From a virus, in UHGV virus genome UHGV-0192375: a stretch of DNA of 40,542 nt; one strand, given 5' to 3'. The translations under genes were made by a program, and so were the position numbers. Below the pieces are notes generated by a model. That model did not search any database. It saw only the letters and a program-made list of their open reading frames with translations, and was not told the DNA's origin. Shown piece after piece: positions 16,567 through 25,014 of this stretch (within the stretch, counting starts at the first letter, position 1; each line of letters begins with the position of its first letter).

Positions 16567-16589
16567 AAAAAAACGGCCCGCAGGCCGTT
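16567..16589 (-). terminator. Intrinsic terminator/attenuator between the tail tube and chaperone genes
   Basis: Minus strand ACGGCCTGCGGGCCGT hairpin followed by TTTTTTT. Confidence 0.6.
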
Positions 16590-16605
16590 GTAAGATTGTT
16601 TGAGT

Positions 16606-17112
16606 TTAAAGCCGTACTTTTGCCGCCAGACCGGAAAGAACATCCACGCCATTCACCCGGCGCGAGAAGCGCTCAGTATCAATCTCAAAGAGCTCGCGAC
16701 CGTCCTTGGTCTGACGGTAATAGCTCACGGCAATTTCGACCGTGACGGCATTTTCGGACAGGCTGTCCTTGCCACGCGCGTCGGGAGTGACGGTCTGCAC
16801 AAAGCCTTCGATCTCCTCGATAGTACCCAGCGCGGTACCGTTAGCCAGATAGCCCTGATAGGCCGTAAAGCGCGGACGGCTGCCGCTGACAAAACCGAAG
16901 GCGGTCAGCATATCCACGTCCACACCGTAAAACTTCAGCTGACAGGTGAGTGCTTCCATGCCGTCATCAACGGGGGACGGCGCATCCTGTGCGCCGGTAC
17001 GCAAATCCGTTTTGACAATGGACAATGCCGGCGGAGTAAATTCATGCGCCCCCTGTATGCGGATCCCCTGCCGGAAGAAGGTCCAGACGCGTAATGTGTT
17101 TTTTTCGCTCAT
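16606..17112 (-). CDS. Tail tube protein (P2 FII-like)
   Basis: Size and position directly after the sheath gene. Confidence 0.8.
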   Translation of the reverse strand: MSEKNTLRVWTFFRQGIRIQGAHEFTPPALSIVKTDLRTGAQDAPSPVDDGMEALTCQLKFYGVDVDMLTAFGFVSGSRPRFTAYQGYLANGTALGTIEEIEGFVQTVTPDARGKDSLSENAVTVEIAVSYYRQTKDGRELFEIDTERFSRRVNGVDVLSGLAAKVRL

Positions 17113-18578
17113 GCTGCCAGCATCTCCTCAAGCGCATAGTTGTTATTCACCCGGACGCGCAGGCTGATAAGCTCAGTCGGCGATTTCGGACCAAAGTCAT
17201 AGTTGATGTACAGCACACCAGCCGCCATGCTCTCAGCGGTGTTAAGTTCTTCATCCAGCCAGGCGCGACCACCGAAAATGGCGCCAAGGCCGACCAGCTG
17301 GCGCATATAGGCGTTGATGGTGCCGATAATGTCGTCGGCATTCTCCCGGTCCAGCGGACGGTCAACGTATTCCAGCATCGTTTCCTGAATACTGTCCTCG
17401 ATGACGTCTGCGGTTCGGCGAACCGATTCGAAGCGCCACTGTGGATCGGTACCGCACAGACGGTTGCCCCAGTGCTTAAACCCTGCCCGGCGGATGATGG
17501 TAGAGACGTTCTGCATGTTGAGCAGGTTTGCGTCGCAGTTTTCATCGCCGAGAATGAACTCGTCGACCTGTTCCACCCCGAGGATGTTATTGATGTCCTG
17601 GTTGGATTTACTCCACCACCAGCCCTTCTCAAAGTCGATTCGGGCACGCAACCCCGCCGCAAACGCAGAGTAAGGACGATAGATCAGCTGGCCGTCGGCA
17701 TTGCTGACCTGTACGCGCGGGCGCAGCAGTTCGGTGCGGGTACCATAGGACTGTCTGCGCTGGACCACTTCCTGTAGTGTCGCACCGGATTCGCAGTCAA
17801 CATACGCCACCGCCCGCAGCTTGCCGGCAACGGTTTCCAGAGCCTTACCCACGGCATCATCCTCACTGAACCCGGGCGCGATGACGATACGGGGCTGGTA
17901 AGTTGTCACGGAGCGAGCAGATGACAGCGCGCCGATCCCGGTCAGCACCGCCGCACGCTGTTTAGCTGTATCGTTAACCTCAGCCACGCGTACCAGCACC
18001 GTCAGGGCATTTCGCTGATCATTGATTTCCATCAGGGCCTGCTTCAGCGTGCCTTTTTCACCGAGCCGGGAAAGCATCGATGTACCGACAATCGCGACAG
18101 GAGTATTCAGCGGAAAAGGTTCATCTTCGCCGCCTGCCAGCTGCAACCGGAACGGTGTGACCATGCCACTCCCGCTTCCCGTTGCGGTGACTTTCACATC
18201 ATCCACCGCGCCCACGGCAGTGGCCACGGCTGAAGGGGTTGCCGTCAGCTTGCCCGTATCATCGCAGCCAAGCGTGATAGTCAGCGTTAATGCCTCCGCA
18301 TTCCAGGCAGCAGAAGTCTCAATCGCTGCGGGATTTTCTTCATTCGGGATGCCGGCTACAGCCTCAACCACCACCACGTTTCCTGCCCTGCCAGCAACTG
18401 TCGCGGCAAAATCCACAACGTTATCCAGAATCGGGGTTCCTGTGCTGGCACTCGCCGGCGTTCCGGCAGAGGCATCAGGCGCAGTACCCACCAGGCCGAT
18501 AATGGCCGTCTGGATCGTCGTGACCGCGACCGTACCGGATGTCAGTTCGATCGTTTCCACACCATGTAAATTCGCCAT
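17109..18578 (-). CDS. Contractile tail sheath protein (P2 FI-like)
   Basis: 489 aa; sheath-family C-terminal region; followed by the tube gene. Confidence 0.85.
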   Translation of the reverse strand: MANLHGVETIELTSGTVAVTTIQTAIIGLVGTAPDASAGTPASASTGTPILDNVVDFAATVAGRAGNVVVVEAVAGIPNEENPAAIETSAAWNAEALTLTITLGCDDTGKLTATPSAVATAVGAVDDVKVTATGSGSGMVTPFRLQLAGGEDEPFPLNTPVAIVGTSMLSRLGEKGTLKQALMEINDQRNALTVLVRVAEVNDTAKQRAAVLTGIGALSSARSVTTYQPRIVIAPGFSEDDAVGKALETVAGKLRAVAYVDCESGATLQEVVQRRQSYGTRTELLRPRVQVSNADGQLIYRPYSAFAAGLRARIDFEKGWWWSKSNQDINNILGVEQVDEFILGDENCDANLLNMQNVSTIIRRAGFKHWGNRLCGTDPQWRFESVRRTADVIEDSIQETMLEYVDRPLDRENADDIIGTINAYMRQLVGLGAIFGGRAWLDEELNTAESMAAGVLYINYDFGPKSPTELISLRVRVNNNYALEEMLAA

Positions 18579-18616
18579 TTATTTTCTCCAGGCATAAAAA
18601 AACCTGCCGCGGCAGG

Positions 18617-19240
18617 TCACATTTTTTGATTGGGGGGATTCGTGGTTCCGCCGCCATCACCATTTTCTTTATGGTCATGGCCGTTGTAGGTTTCGCGGAT
18701 CCCGCTCATTTTCCCGGTACCGTCCGAAATTTCCTGAGTTGCACCGATGTTTCCCTTCACATTCGTGTCGGAATTGATTTGCGTAACGCCCTGAACTGTG
18801 AGGGTGTCGGTGATTTCCACCGGACCATCGAGCGTTCCCTTTCCGATAATTTTGTAGGTCCCGCCCTCCGCCAGCGTGATGGTCAGGGCATGCGCGGCGC
18901 GGTCATACCGGATCTCGGTACCGTCACCGTAGCGGGTGATATGTTCGCTGTCGCTGCCCTCCGGTACCGGCAGACCGCCGGTATTCCAGCCGGGAAACAC
19001 CCGGCCATTATTAAGCTCGCCCGCCTCCGACAGCACCGTGACAGCATCCCCGACCGCATACGGATTGGAGTCAGCCCGGTTTGCCCCGGAAAATCCCTGG
19101 CAAAGCGGCAGCCAGGTAGTGGTGATGTCGCCCAGATCCACCCGGCACTTCGGTATACCGTCATGCTTAACGGAATGAATAACCCCGCGCCGCACAATAT
19201 TCGCCAGGCGACGCTGTAAATCGCCCTCGATATCACTCAT
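18617..19240 (-). CDS. Baseplate spike/puncturing protein (P2 gpV-like)
   Basis: Collinear motif matches to P2 gpV, including the C-terminal apex HxH...GGGTT (NGHDHKENGDGGGTTNPP). Confidence 0.85.
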   Translation of the reverse strand: MSDIEGDLQRRLANIVRRGVIHSVKHDGIPKCRVDLGDITTTWLPLCQGFSGANRADSNPYAVGDAVTVLSEAGELNNGRVFPGWNTGGLPVPEGSDSEHITRYGDGTEIRYDRAAHALTITLAEGGTYKIIGKGTLDGPVEITDTLTVQGVTQINSDTNVKGNIGATQEISDGTGKMSGIRETYNGHDHKENGDGGGTTNPPNQKM

Positions 19241-19787
19241 CGGGTTTCGCCTCGTAAATCAGCTGATAATCGTCCACATGCGCGCGCCCGATATCCGGAG
19301 CCTTACCAAGCCAGACGCCGTTCAGCGGAGAATTAATCTGCGCAAACGGATCCGCACCAAAGGCTGCTGATTGTGTGAAGGAGATCCGCCAGACCAGGTA
19401 ATCATCCATGCGCGGATCAAACTCATCGCGTGACGCATCGATAAAGACGGCTGGCTCAAGACTGGTCAGGCCGAACTGCTGGCCGTCAATCCACTGAGTG
19501 ATATCCGCCGCCGCCGTGCGCAGGAAAATTTCGGGTCGGCTGATGCCAGCGCCTGCCGCGTCCACCACAACGAACAAATCGCAGGACAGATTCACATTAA
19601 GCTGTCCCTCGTTGCCGCCGCCCTGCTCCCAGCCGTTAATGGAGAAATAGACCGCCGGGGTGGCCAGTCCGGTAAAGCGGGGCACGTTTTTTTCCGGGTA
19701 GGCATCGGCGTCACGCACCCACGCAATTTTTTTCAGCGCGCCGGTGACAGCATCGTGATACTGCCCCAGCAGTAATGGCTCAGCCAT
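19233..19787 (-). CDS. Tail completion/virion morphogenesis protein (P2 S/R-like, uncertain)
   Basis: Position between the head and tail modules. Confidence 0.45.
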   Translation of the reverse strand: MAEPLLLGQYHDAVTGALKKIAWVRDADAYPEKNVPRFTGLATPAVYFSINGWEQGGGNEGQLNVNLSCDLFVVVDAAGAGISRPEIFLRTAAADITQWIDGQQFGLTSLEPAVFIDASRDEFDPRMDDYLVWRISFTQSAAFGADPFAQINSPLNGVWLGKAPDIGRAHVDDYQLIYEAKPDE

Positions 19788-19795
19788 AGTCCACC

Positions 19796-20458
19796 TCAGA
19801 CAGAAATACGGGCTTTCACACGCCCGCGCAGATCGGTTTCAAAGTGATGCATAAAAATCTCCATCGCCTCCGCAAAGGCGTTATCTTCGATGTAATTCAG
19901 CATCGGCTCATAAATATCGACTTCCGCTTCGCGTGTACGGCGGGTATCCGGATCGCGAATAACCACCGTCCGGCGGTTTTCACGGCGGGAGCGCGCCACT
20001 TCCCCGTTTTCAAATGTGCGCGGGGAAAGCAGGCTGCCCTTTGGGGTGAATCCGGCGTTTTCTGCCTGGCGCCGCGCCTTTATATACCGCCCGGTGGATT
20101 TATCCCGCCGGGTATGGTGAGGCCTCACCCGCCCGTTAATCCTGCCTTTCAGGTCTTTTACCTTGATGGCATTGAGACCAAACCAGAGACGAAAATTATC
20201 CAGTTGTGACTGAGAAGCGCGATCAAGACGAAAGGAAAGCAGACGCCGGCGCACCAGATCCAGGCTGCGCGGCGCCAGCCCGTCTTTCAGGTCAGCCATC
20301 GCTTTTTTACGTAAGGTAGCGGCGGTACGCTTCAGCGCACGGGAATACGCTGCCCGAAACTGTTTATGGGTAGCACCGATGTGCTCCGCTATCCGCCAGA
20401 TGGCATCCACATCGATATCGACGGGCAAATCCCGCCGCAGTCTGGACTCACGCGCCAT
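19796..20458 (-). CDS. Arg-rich head-tail region structural protein; start reassigned to MARESRL
   Basis: The start abuts the upstream gene (20460); the track's longer ORF overlaps it. Confidence 0.45.
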   Translation of the reverse strand: MARESRLRRDLPVDIDVDAIWRIAEHIGATHKQFRAAYSRALKRTAATLRKKAMADLKDGLAPRSLDLVRRRLLSFRLDRASQSQLDNFRLWFGLNAIKVKDLKGRINGRVRPHHTRRDKSTGRYIKARRQAENAGFTPKGSLLSPRTFENGEVARSRRENRRTVVIRDPDTRRTREAEVDIYEPMLNYIEDNAFAEAMEIFMHHFETDLRGRVKARISV

Positions 20459-20459
20459 A

Positions 20460-20816
20460 TCAGCTCCACTTATTGATGTCCGGCTGCACCTTACCCGGTG
20501 CGCCATACGCCAGCGTGACGCGGGTGCGGCCTTCTTCATCAGCACCAATGTGCGTCACACGATAAGCCGTGCCGTTGATCTCCACGCCGTGGTGCTTCTC
20601 AAGCCCCACGATATCAGCGGTCATCGCGCTGAAGGCCGGAGAGCGATCCTGAATTTGCCCCCCTCCGGGCACGTCAACCGGGACATCAGGTGTCTCGAAA
20701 ATCACAGTAACAGGACGCAACTCAGCGCCGACAGACAGGACAGCAGGCACCTCTTCGGCAAATGCCCGGGATATCCGGGCATCCGCGTTTAACAGGCGTT
20801 GCCGAAAGCGGTTCAT
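20460..20816 (-). CDS. Head-tail joining protein (Phage_H_T_join-like)
   Basis: 118 aa; position after the decoration-like protein; family-like pattern VTVIFETPDVPVDVPGG...VTLAYG. Confidence 0.5.
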   Translation of the reverse strand: MNRFRQRLLNADARISRAFAEEVPAVLSVGAELRPVTVIFETPDVPVDVPGGGQIQDRSPAFSAMTADIVGLEKHHGVEINGTAYRVTHIGADEEGRTRVTLAYGAPGKVQPDINKWS

Positions 20817-21151
20817 CAGTAACCAAGCCGGACCGGAACAGAATCCGCATCCGCCGCCGCCTCAGCCCAGGCCGTGCCCGCCAGAGGATTCGGAGCCGCC
20901 GCCTCACCCGCTTCCGCAGTCAGTTTACCGTCTGCCAGATAGAGCTTCTGGCCGACAGTAACCGCTTCCGCTGCTTTTGGCAGAACGAACACCCCCGTGG
21001 TATGCAGCACACCCCACAACCCTGCCGGAATGTCGTCGTGAGCAACGCCCACCAGCGCACCTGAAAGCACGGCGTCACCCGAATGAATATCGGTCGCACC
21101 GGTATTCTGGAAATCAAGGGTGTTGCCATCCTGCTGATAATTTTTCGCCAT
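20816..21151 (-). CDS. DUF2190-family head protein (putative decoration/cement protein)
   Basis: MAKNYQQDGNTLDF... with a Gly/Ala-rich core; directly downstream of the capsid gene. Confidence 0.6.
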   Translation of the reverse strand: MAKNYQQDGNTLDFQNTGATDIHSGDAVLSGALVGVAHDDIPAGLWGVLHTTGVFVLPKAAEAVTVGQKLYLADGKLTAEAGEAAAPNPLAGTAWAEAAADADSVPVRLGY

Positions 21152-21219
21152 TTTTCTCTCCAGACAAAAAAGGAGCAGCCCGCGCCGCCCCGTAATAAAA
21201 AACCGTCAGATGACGGTCG

Positions 21220-23280
21220 TTATTTTTTGGTGACTTTAACCATGCCGCGCCAGTCAAGCGGTGCCACCCCGGCATCGATGCGTACCTTGAACGCGGCACC
21301 GTCAACGGTGAAGCCCTGCTGCTGCTCAAGGTATGGCGTATCAATACCGTCCAGATACGCCACCTCAATGGTGTCGCGTCCCTGTGCGGCGGTCAGGTAG
21401 TAATCCGCCGGGCTGCTGTCATCGAGGCGAGCCTCAGAGGAAACCGTCACAAAGTTCTGGATCGGGTTAACGATACCGCTGTTCGCGTCCGCGCCCGGTA
21501 CGCTTGCAGATTTGATCAGCTGGTTAGCGCGGGACTCGATGGCCACTGGCGTCAGCATGTAGGCCGGGCGAATGTTCAGACGGCGGTCGCCTGATTTTTG
21601 CAGCAGCATCGCCTTACGCGCCGTATCGAGGCCTTCGATACTCAGATCGGCGGAGACCAGGTTGCCATGATCGGCGTGGAACAGCGGCTTGCCGTCGGAC
21701 ATTTTTGGGTTGCTGGTCAGAACTGCCCACACCAGATCGCCCACGGTGGCACGCGCTGCAAGGCCCATTGCCTGCGGGATACGGGTCAGCATGTCCAGGT
21801 CATCATTAATGATGGTCTGGCGGTCAATGCTGAAAAGTTCGCCGTAGGTCGCAAGCGCAATCGGCTCGCCGCGATCTTTGATGGTGACATATTTATATTC
21901 CGCCCCGGCGCGGACCTTGCGAAGCGATGCAAGTGATTCCAGACCGACGCGGTGCGCGGTTTTGAAATCAGTCAGGGTACCTTTACGGGTCCACTGTTCG
22001 AATGATTCAGTGGCCTCGTCCCAGCCCATCAGTGCCGCCTTGTGCGCCACATCCATCAGGATATTGCCGAAATCGCTGCTGCTGTGGGTAAACGCAAGGC
22101 CGACCATCGCCTGTGCTGTCCCTGCGCCTGAAATACCGATCCCGCGATCCACAAGGGAAGCTCGCGCCAGTTCTCGCAGGGTATAACCGTTGTAGGCATT
22201 ATCTTTTTCAGCCTGCGCATAGCCCGCGCGGCTCATTACCGCAGCACGGATGGAGTCACCGACCAGATTGCCGTTTCCGGCGTAAAGATGAATAGCACCC
22301 GGACCGGCACTCGGCGTAGTTCCTGCCGCCAGCGCCTGGAGGAGTCTGTCACGGGCTTTTTCCGCCGTGCAGGAGAAGTCGGCCAGACATTCCGCCTTCA
22401 GTGTCGCGAAGGTCGGGAACGCCTCAAAAACAGCGGAAACCGTGTTTACGCGTTCCGCGTTTGCCGTCTGCATCTGCTGTTGCAGCTGCTGGGCCAGCGC
22501 AGTGATATCGATATTAGTCATCTGCTGCGCGGGCTGCTGTGGCGCTGGCGGGTTAAGGTTCGCCTGTACCGGCGCTGGCTGCTGTGGCTGATTCACCGGA
22601 GCTTCGGCGCGCGGCGCAAAAAGAGTTTTAATCTGTTCTGGCATGTTCTGGTAATCCTTCAGTTTATTTTCATTCACACAGGCCGCAGCCTGTAGTTCAG
22701 GTTCAAGCGTGTCAGCGAAACCTTTCTCCACTGCCTCGGCCCCGTTAAGCCAGGTCTCCGCTTTCAGCATCGCTTCCAGCTCCTCCTGCCCCAGTCCGGT
22801 TTTATTCATATAGGCGCTGAGCATCAGGGCTTCGTTACGATCAAGCCACGCGGCGTATTCGCGCATATCGTCAGAATCCCCGGCGATCCCGCCCCACGGT
22901 TTGTGGACCATAATCCAGGCGTTTTCCGGCATGTGCACCGTGGCGCTAGGCAGGCAGACAATCATTGAGGCCATGCTGGCCGCCACCCCGTCCACCCAGA
23001 TATCCACTTTCGCTTTCAGCCGCGACAGGGTGTTGTAAATGGCAAATCCCTGCATGACATCGCCGCCGGGGCTGTGGATATGTAAATCCACCGCGCTGGC
23101 GTCAAACACCCCGGCTTCTTTACAGTCCGCGACGAACTGCTGGGCTGTGATGCCCCAGCCGCCGATCACGTCATAGAGGAAGATTTCGACGCGCCCGGCG
23201 GACAGCGCACGGATTTCGTACCAGCACTGACCGTTTGCCGCATCGACACCCGCCAGGCTGGCGCGGGGGTTAATCATCAT
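21220..23280 (-). CDS. Tripartite capsid gene: ClpP/S49-like prohead protease + scaffold + HK97-fold major capsid protein fusion (Gifsy-2 type)
   Basis: N-terminal ClpP-like domain (HIHSPGGDV...MIVCLPSATVHMPENAWIMVHKP), a central Q/A/P-rich scaffold linker, and a C-terminal MCP domain; the ATGATG start overlaps the portal stop. Confidence 0.85.
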   Translation of the reverse strand: MMINPRASLAGVDAANGQCWYEIRALSAGRVEIFLYDVIGGWGITAQQFVADCKEAGVFDASAVDLHIHSPGGDVMQGFAIYNTLSRLKAKVDIWVDGVAASMASMIVCLPSATVHMPENAWIMVHKPWGGIAGDSDDMREYAAWLDRNEALMLSAYMNKTGLGQEELEAMLKAETWLNGAEAVEKGFADTLEPELQAAACVNENKLKDYQNMPEQIKTLFAPRAEAPVNQPQQPAPVQANLNPPAPQQPAQQMTNIDITALAQQLQQQMQTANAERVNTVSAVFEAFPTFATLKAECLADFSCTAEKARDRLLQALAAGTTPSAGPGAIHLYAGNGNLVGDSIRAAVMSRAGYAQAEKDNAYNGYTLRELARASLVDRGIGISGAGTAQAMVGLAFTHSSSDFGNILMDVAHKAALMGWDEATESFEQWTRKGTLTDFKTAHRVGLESLASLRKVRAGAEYKYVTIKDRGEPIALATYGELFSIDRQTIINDDLDMLTRIPQAMGLAARATVGDLVWAVLTSNPKMSDGKPLFHADHGNLVSADLSIEGLDTARKAMLLQKSGDRRLNIRPAYMLTPVAIESRANQLIKSASVPGADANSGIVNPIQNFVTVSSEARLDDSSPADYYLTAAQGRDTIEVAYLDGIDTPYLEQQQGFTVDGAAFKVRIDAGVAPLDWRGMVKVTKK

Positions 23281-24790
23281 CGTCCGGCTCGCGCCGATCG
23301 TCTTTTGGTTTTGCCGTTGCATCTGGCATAGCTCCTTTGTCGTTGGCGGCGTCGGAATCAAACACCAGCCCGTGTTGACGGTTAAATTCGGTTTCACGCA
23401 GTCGCTGGCGTTTAACCTCCTGCGGGTTTTTACCCCTCGCCCGTGCCCATTCCGCTTCGGTACCAGCACCGCCACGAACAATGGCTTTCCAGGCATTAGC
23501 CTCTTTCCCCGGATCAATCCACGGCATCACCGGGCCGAGATAAAGCGCGTTATAGAGAGAATTTGGATCCACATCCGGCGGCACTTCAACGCCACTCAGC
23601 AACGCCATCGCCAGCCATGCGCGGTAAACGGGCCGGCTGTGCTGGCCGACAAACCACTGTTGCAGGACGTTGTACCCTTCGAAGCTCTCCACCAGCTCCT
23701 GACGCTGGGAGCTGTAGGTGCCGTTATAGTCCCGGGCAATGCTGGAATAGCTGCCGCGCGTGCCTGCGGCCACGGCCCGCATCTGTCCGTTTCGGAATTC
23801 ATAGAGGTGAACATTCGGGCGATTTGATTCCACCATGCCCAGGTCTTCACCCGGGCGCAGATCGTCGTAAATCATGCCCGGGGCGATATCGTAATGACGC
23901 TGGCCGCCGGGAGGTGAAAACTCCCCATCGTCACCAAGAGACTGCGCATCACCGCGCTTGATATAGAACCCCAGCGCGGCGGCAATACGGGCGGCGACGC
24001 GTTCACTCTCTTCATAATCCTTGATGTCAGAAAGACGGGTAATGACGCCGTGGATCAGGCTGATACCGCGCAGCTGGTGCAGACGCTTGCGCTGCGCAAG
24101 GTGAAGCATGTTTTCAGCTGAGACGGTTTTAAGTTCAGCGCTGAACCGCGTCATATTTGCCGGGTGGTACTTGTAAACGCGGTAGCCGACGGGACGCCCC
24201 CAGTCGTTCACGATGATGCCCTGGCGAACCTGCTGGCCGGCGGTGCTGTTAAGGTTGAACGGAACAAAATCCGCCTCCAGCATTTCCAGCGAGAACGGTA
24301 CGGAGGTGGAATGTTGCAGACCCGGCAACTTCCCCCTGACCAGTTGCGTGAACACTTCCCCGTCACGCAGTGCTGAACGCAGCAGCAGGCGTTCGGCTTC
24401 CGGGCGGGTGAACATGCCAGTCACCTCAGGACGCACGGACCATTCAGCCCAGAGCGCCGAAAGTTTCCCGGCGAAATCGGAATGAAGATTCCCCTCCAGA
24501 TCGAGGGGCTGAGGCTCAACATGGATCCCGTGGGCACCAATCACCCGGTCTTCCATTTTGTCGAACAGGCCGATCACCAGATCATGGTTTTCATCAAGCC
24601 ACCGGGCCTGTTCCCGCAGGGACTGACCTGCTGCAAACACAGCGGTGTCCGCCGACTGGCTTTGCTTTTTCGCCTTGTGCAGCCGTGACGGATTTGCCGC
24701 TTCATAAGCATTAAGCCGGAGACGATCCCGCTCGCGTGCCGCGGCCCACCCGGGGGAAATTGCCCTCAGTGTTCTTTCAAGAATGCCCAT
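23270..24790 (-). CDS. Portal protein (lambda gpB family)
   Basis: Size; position between gpW and the protease; lambda-B-like. Confidence 0.9.
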   Translation of the reverse strand: MGILERTLRAISPGWAAARERDRLRLNAYEAANPSRLHKAKKQSQSADTAVFAAGQSLREQARWLDENHDLVIGLFDKMEDRVIGAHGIHVEPQPLDLEGNLHSDFAGKLSALWAEWSVRPEVTGMFTRPEAERLLLRSALRDGEVFTQLVRGKLPGLQHSTSVPFSLEMLEADFVPFNLNSTAGQQVRQGIIVNDWGRPVGYRVYKYHPANMTRFSAELKTVSAENMLHLAQRKRLHQLRGISLIHGVITRLSDIKDYEESERVAARIAAALGFYIKRGDAQSLGDDGEFSPPGGQRHYDIAPGMIYDDLRPGEDLGMVESNRPNVHLYEFRNGQMRAVAAGTRGSYSSIARDYNGTYSSQRQELVESFEGYNVLQQWFVGQHSRPVYRAWLAMALLSGVEVPPDVDPNSLYNALYLGPVMPWIDPGKEANAWKAIVRGGAGTEAEWARARGKNPQEVKRQRLRETEFNRQHGLVFDSDAANDKGAMPDATAKPKDDRREPDDDD

Positions 24791-24798
24791 AGAACGCC

Positions 24799-25014
24799 TT
24801 ACAGAAAGTTAGCGAGTTTGTACGAACCACCACGGCTGTTGACCGCGCGCCAGCGACGCTCCCAGTATTCGAGCTCATCGCGCAGCGCCTTCGGATCGTG
24901 GTTGGTAATGGCGCGACCGTTTACGCCGGTGAAAGAGATACTCTTGCCGTCCAGCGAGTCCTGGTAGGCCTGGCGCACCATCACCAGCGTTCTCCAGATG
25001 TCGTCTTTCTTCAC
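24799..25014 (-). CDS. Head-tail joining protein gpW
   Basis: 71 aa between terminase large subunit and portal, as in lambda. Confidence 0.8.
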   Translation of the reverse strand: MKKDDIWRTLVMVRQAYQDSLDGKSISFTGVNGRAITNHDPKALRDELEYWERRWRAVNSRGGSYKLANFL

